Position numbers and translations under genes: made by a program. The notes under the pieces were generated by a model, which saw only the letters and a program-made list of their open reading frames with translations, searched no databases and was not told the origin of the DNA. This document shows, piece after piece, positions 10,303 to 20,775 of a stretch of DNA of 64,000 nucleotides (position 1 is the first letter of the stretch; each line of letters begins with the position of its first letter). Origin of the DNA: Spirochaetia bacterium (GTDB taxonomy: Bacteria > Spirochaetota > Spirochaetia > SZUA-6 > Bin103). The stretch covers positions 1,216,001 to 1,280,000 of the forward strand of contig OZ241907.1 in the NCBI GenBank assembly GCA_965203515.1, read 5' to 3'.

Positions 10303-11867
10303 CCGGCGTCAACACCACCGACCCGATCGACGCCATCCGCCTGGGCTGCCGGATGATGGGCAGCGTCTTCAACGCCGACGACGGCGACATCCCCTTCTTC
10401 GGCTCCGAGGCACGCCCCAACCCGCGGTTGCGGTTCAGCGGCGTCCATGACGAGGCGCACGTGCCCGGCCGCCATCTCAACGCGCTGCTCAACGCCGAGG
10501 ACGCGGCCGGCGTCGCCGTGCCGGCCGGCGTGATCGACAGGCACGCCAACGCCGCGTTCTTCTCGTACGGCGGGGCGGTCGCGCTGCCGCTGAACCGCAC
10601 GGAGATCGGCGGCCCGCTCGACAACTTCACCACCCACAACGTGCGCGAAGGCTTCCACGCCCTGTACGCGCTGGTGAAGTATCGGGACTCCGACCGCGCC
10701 CGCGAGCTCGCCGAGCGGAGCATCCGCGAACTGTTCGAGCTGTTCAGCCCGCGCTCCGGCTGGGACTTCGACCGCCTGCGCAACCGCTGCCGGCTGGCGG
10801 TGCGCGACGAGACCTTCATCACCGGCACCTTCATCACCGGTATCGCCCGCGCGATCGGACCGCTGGTCAAGTACTTCCGCGCGTCCGGCCACGGGCCGGC
10901 GCTGGAGCTGGCGGCCGTACTCGCGGACAAGACGACCGGCGAGTTCTTCCTGGAATCGGGGGCCTACGACCGCGAGCGCTTCGGCTACCACACCCATTCG
11001 ACCACCTGCGTCATGTCATCGCTGGCGCAGCTCGCCGATCTGCTCGACGACTCGCGGCTGCTCGCGCGGGTCAAGGCGTTCTACGACGGCGGCCTCCGCG
11101 AGATCCGCGACGAGATCGGCTGGGTCATCGAATCGAGCCGGGACGCCGCGGTCCCGGACCGGGGCGAGATCAACAACACCGGCGACGTCGTGGAGACCGC
11201 CCTGATCCTGGGGCGGCGGGGCTACCCCGAGTACTTCGAGGACGCCGAGCGCATCACGCGCTGCCACCTGCTGCCGTCGCAACTCCGCGACAACCGCTTC
11301 ATCGAGGACCCGCCCAACCCGGACGGCGTCGACGGGCTGCGCCGCGTCGCCGACCGCCACCTGGGCGCCTTCGGGTTTCCGGCGCCGTACGGGCACGCGC
11401 CGCTCGATTCCGACCGCATCAGCTTCAACACCGACATCGTCGGCGGCGGCGTCGGCTCGCTGTGCGAGGTGGTCCGCGAAGCGGTCCGCAGCGAACGGGG
11501 ATGCCATCGGGTGAACCTGCTGTTCGATCGGGAGACCGGCTGCGTCACGGTCGAATCGCCCTATACGCACGACCGCCTGCGCGTCACGGTCAAGGTCCCC
11601 GGCCCCCTGTACGTGCGCATGCCGTCATGGGTCGACCGGCGGCAGGTCGCCGTCGAGCCCGGCGGCGTGCGCCGCACCTGGACCGGCGCCCATCTGCTGA
11701 TCGCCGAACCGCCGGTCGGCGTCCCGATCGATATCCGCTTCCCGCTCGCCGAGCGGGAGATCGTGCTGCGCCATCGCACGCGCGACATCCGCGTGCGGCT
11801 CGCCGGCGACGCGGTGGCGGCGATGGAGAACCACGGCGCCGATCTGACCTACTTCGATCCCCTGTAG
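10293..11867 (+). CDS. Hypothetical protein, probable (alpha/alpha)6 GH127/GH146-like fold
   Basis: SD ggagga; C-terminal VNLLF..VESPY..LYVRMPSW pattern resembles GH127 beta domains; lacks the ETC/CC motifs. Confidence 0.55.
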   Translation: MRLTGVNTTDPIDAIRLGCRMMGSVFNADDGDIPFFGSEARPNPRLRFSGVHDEAHVPGRHLNALLNAEDAAGVAVPAGVIDRHANAAFFSYGGAVALPLNRTEIGGPLDNFTTHNVREGFHALYALVKYRDSDRARELAERSIRELFELFSPRSGWDFDRLRNRCRLAVRDETFITGTFITGIARAIGPLVKYFRASGHGPALELAAVLADKTTGEFFLESGAYDRERFGYHTHSTTCVMSSLAQLADLLDDSRLLARVKAFYDGGLREIRDEIGWVIESSRDAAVPDRGEINNTGDVVETALILGRRGYPEYFEDAERITRCHLLPSQLRDNRFIEDPPNPDGVDGLRRVADRHLGAFGFPAPYGHAPLDSDRISFNTDIVGGGVGSLCEVVREAVRSERGCHRVNLLFDRETGCVTVESPYTHDRLRVTVKVPGPLYVRMPSWVDRRQVAVEPGGVRRTWTGAHLLIAEPPVGVPIDIRFPLAEREIVLRHRTRDIRVRLAGDAVAAMENHGADLTYFDPL

Positions 11868-12724
11868 CCCGGCTCGCCGGCAGCGCCCGCCAAGCGCCGC
11901 AGCTCGGCGATCTCCTCCGCCCACCGCTCCGGCTCGGGCGTCTCCAGGATCAGCGGCATCTCCTCGAAACGGGGATCCTGCACGATCCACGCGAACGGCT
12001 CGCGGCCGATCAGGCCGGCGCCGATCGGGGCATGCCGGTCGACGTGACTGCCCAGGCCGCCCTTGGAGTCGTTGAGGTGCCAGCCGCGCAGATAGCGGAG
12101 GCCCACGACCGCATCGAACTCGGCGAGCATCCGTTCGTAGCCGGCTCGCGTGCGCAGGTCGTAGCCGGCCGCGAACAGGTGGCAGGTGTCGAGGCAGACG
12201 CCGGCGCGCTCCCGGTCGGCGAACCGCTCGAGCAGCGCGGCCAGGTCCTCGAAGGTGTCGCCGACGTTGGTCCCCTGCCCCGCCGTGGACTCCACCACCG
12301 CCTCCACCCCCTCGGTCCGCGCCAGCGTCTCGTTGACGTAGCGGGCGATCTGGTCGATGCAGCGCTCCTTCGACAGGCCCCGCTTCGGGGCGCCGGGATG
12401 GAAGTTGAGGTAGCGGAGCCCCAGCGCCTGACAGCGCCGCATCTCGTCCAGGAACGCGGCCCGCGACTTCTCCACCACCGCCGGGTCGGAGCTGCCCAGA
12501 TTGATCAGATAGCTGTCGTGCGGCAGGACGTGGCGCGGCGCGAACCCGTGCTCGCGGCAGGCGTCGCGGAAGGCGGCGGCCTCCGGTTCGGACAGCGGGC
12601 GCTGGTTCCACATGCGCGGATTGCGCGTGAACATGCCGATGGCGGTGGCGCCGATCTCCACGGCGTTGGTCACGGCGTTCCGCACGCCGCCGGCGATCGA
12701 CACGGTCGCGCCGATCCGCTTCAC
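11849..12724 (-). CDS. nfo: Endonuclease IV (AP endonuclease)
   Basis: PHDSYLINLGS, NFHPG, ESTAGQG, CLDTCHLFAAGYD, HLNDSK, DRHAPIG, ILETP. Confidence 0.96.
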   Translation of the reverse strand: MKRIGATVSIAGGVRNAVTNAVEIGATAIGMFTRNPRMWNQRPLSEPEAAAFRDACREHGFAPRHVLPHDSYLINLGSSDPAVVEKSRAAFLDEMRRCQALGLRYLNFHPGAPKRGLSKERCIDQIARYVNETLARTEGVEAVVESTAGQGTNVGDTFEDLAALLERFADRERAGVCLDTCHLFAAGYDLRTRAGYERMLAEFDAVVGLRYLRGWHLNDSKGGLGSHVDRHAPIGAGLIGREPFAWIVQDPRFEEMPLILETPEPERWAEEIAELRRLAGAAGEPGYRGSK

Positions 12725-12796
12725 CGCGCGGACCGTTGCGGACGCTTCATGCTCGGCATTACGCTGCTGCCCGGCACTACCCTGCCCGCGTCACCG

Positions 12797-13135
12797 ATGG
12801 ATGTCCAGGAACTCGCCTCCTATCAACGCCGATCGCGCGCCACCTGGCGGCTGGTGCGGACCGATCATCCGATCGTCTACCCCACGCTGGGGCTGGCCAA
12901 TGAGGCCGGCGAGGTGGCCGGCAAGATCAAGAAGCTGTTCCGGGACAAGGGCGGCCGCATCGCCGACGCCGACCGCGCGGCGTTGAAGATGGAGCTGGGC
13001 GACGTGCTCTGGTACCTGGCGCAGATATGTACCGAGCTCGGCCTCGATCTGGGCGAGGTGGCCGCCGCCAATCTCGAAAAGCTCGGCTCGCGCAAGGAGC
13101 GCGGCACGATCGGCGGCGACGGCGATGAGCGCTGA
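12797..13135 (+). CDS. MazG-like nucleotide pyrophosphohydrolase
   Basis: LGLANEAGEVAGKIKK, ELGDVLWY, NLEKLGSRKERG. Confidence 0.9.
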   Translation: MDVQELASYQRRSRATWRLVRTDHPIVYPTLGLANEAGEVAGKIKKLFRDKGGRIADADRAALKMELGDVLWYLAQICTELGLDLGEVAAANLEKLGSRKERGTIGGDGDER

Positions 13136-13909
13136 GACGGCGGCCGCCGCGGCGGAACGGGCTCGCCGCGCCGCCGCGGCGCGCTTCTTCCGGGCCGCCG
13201 AGCGGGGCGAACTTTCCACCCTGCGCGCGCTGGCGGCCGAACGGCCCGAGTTGGTGCGGCTCGACCGCGCCGAGGACGACGAGCACACGGCGCTCCACTA
13301 TGCGGTGCTCAACCGGGACGCGGCCTGCACGCGCTTCCTGCTGGAGGCCGGAGCCGACCCGCACAAGGGGATCTACCCGCACCGCGAGGCCACGTCGCCG
13401 CTGACCCTGGCCGAGGAGCGCGGCTTCGAAGACATCGCCGCGCTGATCCGCGACGTGCTGGCGCGGCGGGCCGTCCGCGCCGGCGCCGATCCGCAGCGCG
13501 GCGACGAGCTGTTCGACCTGGTCCGCGGCGGCGACCTCGACGGCGTCAGGCGGCTGCTCGACTGCGCGGTGCTGTCGTTCGGGTGGACGCAGCGCGATCG
13601 GGCCGGCTCGACGTGGGGACGGCAGGTGATCACGGAGGACGAGCGCGGCGCGTTCGCGGCGCTGCTGCTGGACGCCGGAGCCGACCTGACGCGGCGCGAC
13701 CCGCTGCTGCGCTCCACGCCGCTCGGCTGGGCCTGCCGGTGGGGCCGATACGAGCTGGCCCGGCTGCTGATCGAGCGATCGAGCGCGGCGCGGCGGCCGA
13801 CGAACCGGACGCCGCGCCGTGGGCGGCGCCGCTGGCATGGGCGGCCAAGATGGGCCACGACCGGCTGGCCGCGCTCCTGCGCCGGCACGGTGCGCAACGA
13901 TCGGGATGA
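13125..13909 (+). pseudogene. Ankyrin-repeat protein frameshifted by an 8-bp duplication
   Basis: Ankyrin motifs HTALHYAV, STPLGWAC..GRYELARLLIERG; the last repeat (APLAWAAKMGH) is in another frame after gatcgagc x2 at 13769-13784. Confidence 0.8.
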
Positions 13910-14913
13910 GCGATCGCCGGTCCGGCATCGGGACATTCAAGGGATACGTCATCCGCAGGCTGGCGCTATCGGTCGTCACCGTAGTGGTCGCCAGCTTCCT
14001 GGTGTTCACGTTGATGCGCTTGACGCCGGGCACGATCGTCGACGCCATGGTCGCCCAGTACATGGGGATGAGCCCCGACCGGATCGACATCAACGCGGCG
14101 CGCGTCGAGATCGAGCGTTCATTGGGGCTCGACCGCCCGTTCCTGGCGCAATACGGGAGCTGGATGACCGGCATAATCCTGCGCGGCGATCTCGGCGAGT
14201 CGCTGTGGAGGCGTACGCCCGTGATCGAGGAAATCGCCGCGCGCTGGCCGGTCACGGCCCAGCTCGGTCTGCTCGCGTTCATCATCAGCCAGCTGCTGGC
14301 CCTGCCGATCGGCATCTACTCGGCGGTGCGGCAGGATTCGCCCGGCGACTACCTCGGCCGCAGCTTCGCCATCTTCGCGCTCGCCGTGCCGGGCTTCTGG
14401 GTAGGAACGCTGGTGATCGTCTATCCGTCGATCTGGTGGGGGTATGCGCCGCCGTTCACGTACCTTCGATTCGTCGAGGATCCGATCGGCAACCTGAAGA
14501 TACTGTTCATTCCCGCGGTCGTGCTGGGCATGGGGATGGCGGGCGGGACCATGCGCATCGCGCGCACCATGATGCTGGAGGTGCTGCGCCAGGACTACCT
14601 GCGGACCGCCTGGGCGAAGGGTCTCAGGGAACGGATCATCATCGTTCGCCATGCGCTGAAGAACGCGCTGATCCCGGTCGTGACGTCGGCCGGCCCTCAG
14701 ATCCTGCTCATGGTCGGCGGCTCGGTCATCGTGGAACAGATATTCAACCTGCCGGGGATGGGCCGCCTGACGCTGCAGGCGATCCAGACCCGCGACTACA
14801 CGGTGGTGAGCGGCGTGCTGCTGATCTTTGCGGTGGCGATCGTGTCGGTCAACCTGTTGATCGACCTGAGCTACGGCTATCTGGATCCCAGGGTCCGGCG
14901 CGAACGGCGGTGA
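13906..14913 (+). CDS. Peptide/nickel ABC transporter permease (DppB/OppB family)
   Basis: RGDLGESL, QDYLRTAWAKGL, HALKNALIP, IFNLPGMG. Confidence 0.93.
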   Translation: MSDRRSGIGTFKGYVIRRLALSVVTVVVASFLVFTLMRLTPGTIVDAMVAQYMGMSPDRIDINAARVEIERSLGLDRPFLAQYGSWMTGIILRGDLGESLWRRTPVIEEIAARWPVTAQLGLLAFIISQLLALPIGIYSAVRQDSPGDYLGRSFAIFALAVPGFWVGTLVIVYPSIWWGYAPPFTYLRFVEDPIGNLKILFIPAVVLGMGMAGGTMRIARTMMLEVLRQDYLRTAWAKGLRERIIIVRHALKNALIPVVTSAGPQILLMVGGSVIVEQIFNLPGMGRLTLQAIQTRDYTVVSGVLLIFAVAIVSVNLLIDLSYGYLDPRVRRERR

Positions 14914-15824
14914 CGGCGATGCCCGAAGGCCCGCGGCGCTCCCCGGCGATCGGCTTTCTGATCCGTCTGGTACGGGAAAAGCCGTTGGGGGCGGTGGGGC
15001 TGGCGATCACGGTGCTGCTGCTCTTCACCGGTATCTTCGCCGATCTTCTGGCGCCGTACGGCATGAACGAGATGCACACCGACGAGCGGTTGGCGCCGCC
15101 GTCGGCCCGGTTCTGGCTGGGCACCGACAACCTGGGGCGCGACCTGCTCAGCCGGGTGATCTACGGGGCGCGGGTGTCGATGATCGTCGGCCTTGCGGGC
15201 AGCGCCGTGGCTACCGTGATCTCGGTCGGCATCGGCATGCTGAGCGGCTACATCGGCGGCCGGTTCGACCTGATCGTGCAGCGGTTCGTCGACGCGGTGA
15301 TGTCGCTGCCGATGATCATCATCGTGGCGGTGATCATGTCGATGGTCGGCCAGGGCCTGCTGCCGCTGATCCTGGTCATGGGCATCGGCGGCGGCATCAG
15401 CGGTTCCCGTCAGTCGCGCGGCTTCACCATCAACGTGATCGGCAACGTCTACGTGCAGGCGGCGGCGGCGATCGGCTGCCGTACCGGCGCGATTCTGATC
15501 CGCCACGTCCTGCCCAACATCGCGCCGCTCATCATCGTCGGTTTCACGGTGCTGCTGCCGGGCATCATTCTCACCGAGGCGGCCTTGAGCTTCCTTGGCT
15601 ACGGTGTTCCGCCCCCGGCGCCGAGCTGGGGAGCGATGCTGAGCGGCACCAACCGCAGCTACATGTTCCTGGCGCCGTGGATGGTGCTGTGGCCGGGCGT
15701 CGCCCTGAGCGTGGTGGTCTACGGGACGCACATGTTCGGTGACGCGCTGCGCGACATCCTGGATCCGCGCTTGCGCGGCGGCGCCGGCCGCTACGGCGCC
15801 GGCCGAACCCGACGCGCGGCTTGA
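14910..15824 (+). CDS. Peptide/nickel ABC transporter permease (DppC/OppC family)
   Basis: LGTDNLGRDLLSRVIYGAR, HVLPN, EAALSFLGYG, GDALRDILDPR. Confidence 0.93.
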   Translation: MTAMPEGPRRSPAIGFLIRLVREKPLGAVGLAITVLLLFTGIFADLLAPYGMNEMHTDERLAPPSARFWLGTDNLGRDLLSRVIYGARVSMIVGLAGSAVATVISVGIGMLSGYIGGRFDLIVQRFVDAVMSLPMIIIVAVIMSMVGQGLLPLILVMGIGGGISGSRQSRGFTINVIGNVYVQAAAAIGCRTGAILIRHVLPNIAPLIIVGFTVLLPGIILTEAALSFLGYGVPPPAPSWGAMLSGTNRSYMFLAPWMVLWPGVALSVVVYGTHMFGDALRDILDPRLRGGAGRYGAGRTRRAA

Positions 15825-15910
15825 CAGCGGGCGTGACATGTGATGGATGTAACGGTAGCTCGGCTCGTCGACCGGAACCATTCGACTGCAGGGCGATCAG
15901 GAGGAGAGAC

Positions 15911-17656
15911 GTGAAGAAGCGATCATCGGCTCGTTCGGCGGGGGCGCTGCTGGCGGCCGCCCTGGCCTTGATCGGATTCCCCGCATGGGGCGCGGGCGAA
16001 GGCGAGGATGCCGCCGCCGCGACCGAAGATTCGATGTACGGCGGCGCCGCGGCCCTCTATTTCTGGGGTCAGGACGTGCCGACGGCCGATCTCGGCCTCA
16101 ATCAATGGGTCACCCGCATGTACATCAGCCCGGTGCTGGAGCGCCTGGTAGAGGCGGACTTCGTCCGGTACGGCCCGCGCGGCACGGGCGAGTTCACGGG
16201 CTTCACCAGCGACGACGTGCCCGAGCAGTACTCGCGCGGCGCGCTGGCGGAGAGCTGGGAGATCACCGCCGACCGGATGGTGTTCCGCATCCGCCCCGGC
16301 GTGACGTGGGCGGCCGACGGCAAGGAGCACGTCATGCAGTCGCGCCCCTATACCGCCGAGGATTGCGCGTTCGCGCTGAACCGGATCGCCGACTACGGCG
16401 GCGGCTGGTGGCGCACGGAAAACGGCGGCTTCATCGACGCGATCCACGCCGAGGACGAGACGACCTGCGTGGTCGAGACCAGCCGGTTCAGTCCGAGCGG
16501 CTTTGCCAACGTCGCGCAGCACGCCGGCTCCGGGCACTACCCGGCGGAGGTGATCGAAGCCGGCCCCGGAAGCTGGGATAACCTGGTCGGCACCGGCCCC
16601 TTCCTGGTGAAGGAGGCGGTGGTCGGATCGCACATCGCGTTCGAGCGGAACCCGCAATACTGGCGGACCACGACCATCGACGGCACCGAGTATCGACTGC
16701 CGTTCATCGATGAGTTCGTCATGCCCAACCTGCCGGACGAATCGACGCAGATCGCCTCACTGCGGACCGGGAAGCTCGACATCATGGGCACCGTGAGCGT
16801 CAAGTACCGGGAGACTCTGGCGGAGACGTCGCCGGAGCTGCGGAGCCAGGGCTGGGTGGAGATCTGGCCGGTGGTGGTGGCGTTGAACACGAACAACGAG
16901 TACCTCGCCAACAAGCAGGTGCGCCGGGCGTTGATGATGGCGGTCGATCAGGAGACGATCATCGACGCGGTCTGGGGGTATGGAGCGCTCTACAACTTTC
17001 CGGTCGACTGGCGGGACGGTTCGAGCGTACTGGGCGATTTCGATCAGCTGCCGGAATCGATCAGGGAGCTGTATCAGTACAACCCGGACAAGGCGCGGCA
17101 GACGCTGGCGGACGCCGGGTACCCGGACGGCTTCCAGCTCGAGATCGCCTTTACGCCGGCCGCGACCGCCGGCACCCATGGTGAAATCGCGACCATGATG
17201 GCGGGGTACTTCAACGACATCGGCGTCGACCTGGAGTTGAAGTCGATGGAGCGGACCGCGCTCGCCGCGTTGCGGTCGTCCCGTACCGGCTATGACCTGT
17301 TCGCCACCAACTCGTCGTCCAACAATCCGTACGGCATGTTCGGGGCGCTGGCGTCGGCGGATGAGTCGAACGCCTGGAACACCCCCAACTACGACAACGC
17401 CGCGTTCGGGGCGCTGCACGAGCAGGCGGGGGCGACGGTCGACGCCGCCGCGCGCGATGCGATTCTCAAGGAGATGTCGCTGATGCTGATGGACGACGCG
17501 GCCTACATTCCGATCGGAGCCAGCGGCCGGTTCGTCTACTGGTGGCCCTGGATCAGGAACTACTACGGCGAGGCGATGAGCGGCGGCACCAGCGTCGGGC
17601 CCTACATGTCCCATCTGTGGATCGACCAGGCGCTGAAGGAGGAGATGGGATACTAG
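15911..17656 (+). CDS. ABC transporter substrate-binding protein, family 5 (peptide/nickel)
   Basis: Strong SD aggaggag; signal peptide; LAESWE, VGTGPF, VRRALMMAVD, YNPDKARQTLADAGYPDG. Confidence 0.92.
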   Translation: MKKRSSARSAGALLAAALALIGFPAWGAGEGEDAAAATEDSMYGGAAALYFWGQDVPTADLGLNQWVTRMYISPVLERLVEADFVRYGPRGTGEFTGFTSDDVPEQYSRGALAESWEITADRMVFRIRPGVTWAADGKEHVMQSRPYTAEDCAFALNRIADYGGGWWRTENGGFIDAIHAEDETTCVVETSRFSPSGFANVAQHAGSGHYPAEVIEAGPGSWDNLVGTGPFLVKEAVVGSHIAFERNPQYWRTTTIDGTEYRLPFIDEFVMPNLPDESTQIASLRTGKLDIMGTVSVKYRETLAETSPELRSQGWVEIWPVVVALNTNNEYLANKQVRRALMMAVDQETIIDAVWGYGALYNFPVDWRDGSSVLGDFDQLPESIRELYQYNPDKARQTLADAGYPDGFQLEIAFTPAATAGTHGEIATMMAGYFNDIGVDLELKSMERTALAALRSSRTGYDLFATNSSSNNPYGMFGALASADESNAWNTPNYDNAAFGALHEQAGATVDAAARDAILKEMSLMLMDDAAYIPIGASGRFVYWWPWIRNYYGEAMSGGTSVGPYMSHLWIDQALKEEMGY

Positions 17657-17691
17657 CGCGGGACCGCCGGCGGCCCTGATGGGCGGTTCCG

Positions 17692-18714
17692 ATGGATAGG
17701 GTGCTGTTCATCGGCGGACCGGGGAACATCTCCGGCGGTTGCGCCGAGGAACTGATCGCCGGCGGTCACCCGCTGGCGATCCTCAAGCGCACCGAAAACA
17801 CCGATCCGAAGTTGGCCGACGCGGTGCGCTTCTACCGCGGCGACCGGAGCCGCCCGGCCGACCTGAAGGCGGCGCTGGACGACTTCCGGCCGCACGCGGT
17901 GATCGATTTCGTCTGCTTCGATCCGCAGCGGGTGGAGGAACTGGGGCGGCTGCTGCCGGGCACGGTGCGGCAGTACGTGCTGGTGAGCACGGTCGACGCG
18001 TACGGGTACCCGCTGTCCCGGCTGCCGATGCGCGAGGACGATCCCCGGGCGCCGACCCGGGACCCGTACGGCGCGCGCAAGCGGCGCTGCGAGGAGGTGG
18101 TCGCCCGGCTGGAGGCCGAGGCGGGCCTGCCGGCCACGATCGTGCGCCCCACCTACTCCTTCGGGGTCCGCAGCGGCATGATGTCGTTCCTTGCCTGGGG
18201 AGGCATGGCCGCGCAGGTGCCCAGGATGCGGGCCGGCCGACCGGTCCTGGTGCCGGGCGGCGGCAACACGATCCTGCACGCCAGTTGCGCGCGCGATACG
18301 GGACGAATGATCGCGCGCGTGGTGCAGGGACGGTCGACGGCGGCCGGCAAGAGCTACACGTGCGGGCACGACGGCGCCCTCACCTTCGACCAGTACCTGC
18401 AACTCGTCGGGAACGTGCTCGGCGTCGAGCCCGAGTTGGTGCACGTGCCGGTGGAGGTACTGCTGGCGATCGACAGCGAGGAGATACGACAGAGCTTCGT
18501 GCCCCGGCTGACCCGCTACAACACGTGCTTCTCGGTCGAGTCGTTCAAGCGTGACTTCCCCGACTTCGCATGGAGCATGAGTCTGGAGGATGGGGTCCGG
18601 GAGTACGTCGACTGGTATGACCGCCGCGGGCTGTTTGCCGACGCCGGCCGGGAGATCTGCGAGGATCGGGTCATCCGCGCGTGGCGCGCGTGCCTGGCGC
18701 ACTTTCGGCCGTGA
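17692..18714 (+). CDS. NAD-dependent epimerase/dehydratase family protein
   Basis: IGGPGNIS Rossmann motif, YGARK, TIVRP. Confidence 0.85.
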   Translation: MDRVLFIGGPGNISGGCAEELIAGGHPLAILKRTENTDPKLADAVRFYRGDRSRPADLKAALDDFRPHAVIDFVCFDPQRVEELGRLLPGTVRQYVLVSTVDAYGYPLSRLPMREDDPRAPTRDPYGARKRRCEEVVARLEAEAGLPATIVRPTYSFGVRSGMMSFLAWGGMAAQVPRMRAGRPVLVPGGGNTILHASCARDTGRMIARVVQGRSTAAGKSYTCGHDGALTFDQYLQLVGNVLGVEPELVHVPVEVLLAIDSEEIRQSFVPRLTRYNTCFSVESFKRDFPDFAWSMSLEDGVREYVDWYDRRGLFADAGREICEDRVIRAWRACLAHFRP

Positions 18715-18747
18715 CGCCGGACTTAGGGCGGCGGGAATGAGGTGATG

Positions 18748-20718
18748 ATGAGCCGGTCCAAGTACCACTACCCCAGTCCGCACAGCAGGATGAAGGGGCC
18801 GGCGGTCGGGCAGAGCCGCTGGACCGACGGGTTCTGGGCGGACCGCTTCGCCCTCTGCCGCCGTACGATCCTGCCGAGCATGCGCCGGGCGCTCGAACAT
18901 CCCGACAACACGGCGCGCCTGGGCTATTTCCGGATTGCGGCCGGCCTGGAAGAGGGCGAACACCGGGGAACCGACTGGAGCGACGGCGACTGCTACAAGT
19001 GGCTGGAGGCGATGGCGCACGTCTACGGCGTAACCCGGGATGCGGCTCTGGACCGGCAGATGGACGAGGTCATCGGCTGGATCGCCGCCGCCCAGCAGCC
19101 GGACGGCTACCTCAACACCCAGATCACGTTGGACCCGACCAGGCGGCGCTGGCAGGACGTCCACCACCACGAGCTGTACAACATCGGGCACTGCCTCTCC
19201 GCGGCCGCCGTGCACTACGAAGCGACCGGCAAGCGGAGCCTGCTGCAGGTCGCCGTGAAGCTGGCGGACTACCTGTACGGGGTGTTCGCGCCGACGCCCG
19301 CGGCGCTCGCCAACTTCGGCTTCAATCCGTCGCAGATCGTCGGGCTGGTCGACCTGTATCGGGTGACCGGCGACCGGCGCTACCTCGAGCTGGCCGACAT
19401 CTTCGTCACCAACCGCGGCGCGGCGCCCGACCCCGGCGTCAACGGCGACCAGAATCAGGATCGGGTACCGCTCCGCGAAGAGACCGCGGCGGTCGGGCAC
19501 GCGGTAACCGCCACCTACCTGTGGGCGGGCGCCGCCGACGTCTACGCCGAGACCGGTGAGACCTCCCTGCGCGCCGCGCTGGAGCGGATCTGGCGCGACG
19601 TGGTCACCACCAAGCTCTACCTGACCGGGGCGGTGGGGGCGCACCACTACGGCGCCTCGATCCGGCGCGATCCCGTGCACGAGGCGTTCGGCCTGCCGCA
19701 TGAACTGCCCAACGCCACCGCCTATACCGAGACCTGCGCCAACATCGGGCAGGCGATGTGGGCGCGGCGGATGACCGCGCTCACCGGCGACGCCGCCTGC
19801 GCCGACGTGCTGGAGCAGGTGATCTACAACAGCGGGCTGTCGGGGATGAGCGCCGACGGCACCCGGTTCTGCTACACCAACCCGTTGCGCTGGTACGGAG
19901 CCGGGCACCGCCGCCTCAGCAACGACACCGCCGAGCGCTGGTTCACCCACCATTGCTACTGCTGCCCGCCGCAGGTGGCGCGCACCATCGCCAAGCTGCA
20001 CCGATGGGCGTATGGGCTGGCGGATGACGCGGTGTGGGTCCACATCTACGGCGGCAGCCGCCTGCAGGCCGAGGTCGCCGGAGGCCGGCTGGTGCTGACT
20101 CAGGAGACCGATTACCCCTGGGACGGCACGGTCACCATCACGATCCGCGAGGCGCCGCCGCAGCCGATCGCCCTGCACCTCAGGGTACCCGGTTGGGCAT
20201 CGGGGGCGGAGCTCTCCGTGGCCGGGTCGGCGGTCGACGCCGGGTCGGCGGTCGACACCGCGGCGGCGGTCGAAACCGTCGAGGCCGTACCGGGCACCTA
20301 CGCCTGCGTGCGCAGGCGATGGCGGGCGGGAGACGCGGCGACTCTGAGGCTGCCGCTGCGCGCCGAACTGGTCACCGCCCATCCGCGCCTGGAGCAGAAC
20401 CGGAATCAGGCCGCGGTGATGCTCGGCCCGGTGGTCTACTGCCTCGAACAGGTCGATCTGGACGCCGGGACACCGCTGGACGAAGTGCTCCTGCCGCGTG
20501 ACTTTGCGCCCGCGGTGCGCTACCGGGCCGACGTGCTGGGGGGCGTCGCGGTGCTTCAGGGTACGGCGATCCGGGCCCGGGGCGCGGCCTGGAACGGCGA
20601 GTTGTACCGCCGGCGGGAGGCACGGAAACCGGAGCCGGTTTCGATCCGGATGATCCCGTACTTCGCCTGGCACAACCGGGCGGACTGCGCGATGGCGGTC
20701 TGGCTGCCGCTGGCCTGA
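18748..20718 (+). CDS. Glycoside hydrolase family 127 (beta-L-arabinofuranosidase-like)
   Basis: DCYKWLEA, HELYNIGH, GHAV, YTETCANIG, CYCCPPQVAR, QETDYPWDG, IPYFAWHNR. Confidence 0.92.
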   Translation: MSRSKYHYPSPHSRMKGPAVGQSRWTDGFWADRFALCRRTILPSMRRALEHPDNTARLGYFRIAAGLEEGEHRGTDWSDGDCYKWLEAMAHVYGVTRDAALDRQMDEVIGWIAAAQQPDGYLNTQITLDPTRRRWQDVHHHELYNIGHCLSAAAVHYEATGKRSLLQVAVKLADYLYGVFAPTPAALANFGFNPSQIVGLVDLYRVTGDRRYLELADIFVTNRGAAPDPGVNGDQNQDRVPLREETAAVGHAVTATYLWAGAADVYAETGETSLRAALERIWRDVVTTKLYLTGAVGAHHYGASIRRDPVHEAFGLPHELPNATAYTETCANIGQAMWARRMTALTGDAACADVLEQVIYNSGLSGMSADGTRFCYTNPLRWYGAGHRRLSNDTAERWFTHHCYCCPPQVARTIAKLHRWAYGLADDAVWVHIYGGSRLQAEVAGGRLVLTQETDYPWDGTVTITIREAPPQPIALHLRVPGWASGAELSVAGSAVDAGSAVDTAAAVETVEAVPGTYACVRRRWRAGDAATLRLPLRAELVTAHPRLEQNRNQAAVMLGPVVYCLEQVDLDAGTPLDEVLLPRDFAPAVRYRADVLGGVAVLQGTAIRARGAAWNGELYRRREARKPEPVSIRMIPYFAWHNRADCAMAVWLPLA

Positions 20719-20775
20719 GCGCAGGCGCCGGCTCGCCGCGGCGACGCATGGGGCGCCGTTCAGCTATGATCGCCT

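Noticed and set aside
12797..13909. MazG plus ankyrin as an anti-phage module
   Set aside because: Small housekeeping-type MazG, a broken ankyrin gene and no other defence context; adjacency alone is insufficient.
15821..15860. TTGACA as an internal promoter for the peptide SBP gene
   Set aside because: No convincing -10 at 16-18 nt spacing; the hexamer overlaps the upstream stop codon.
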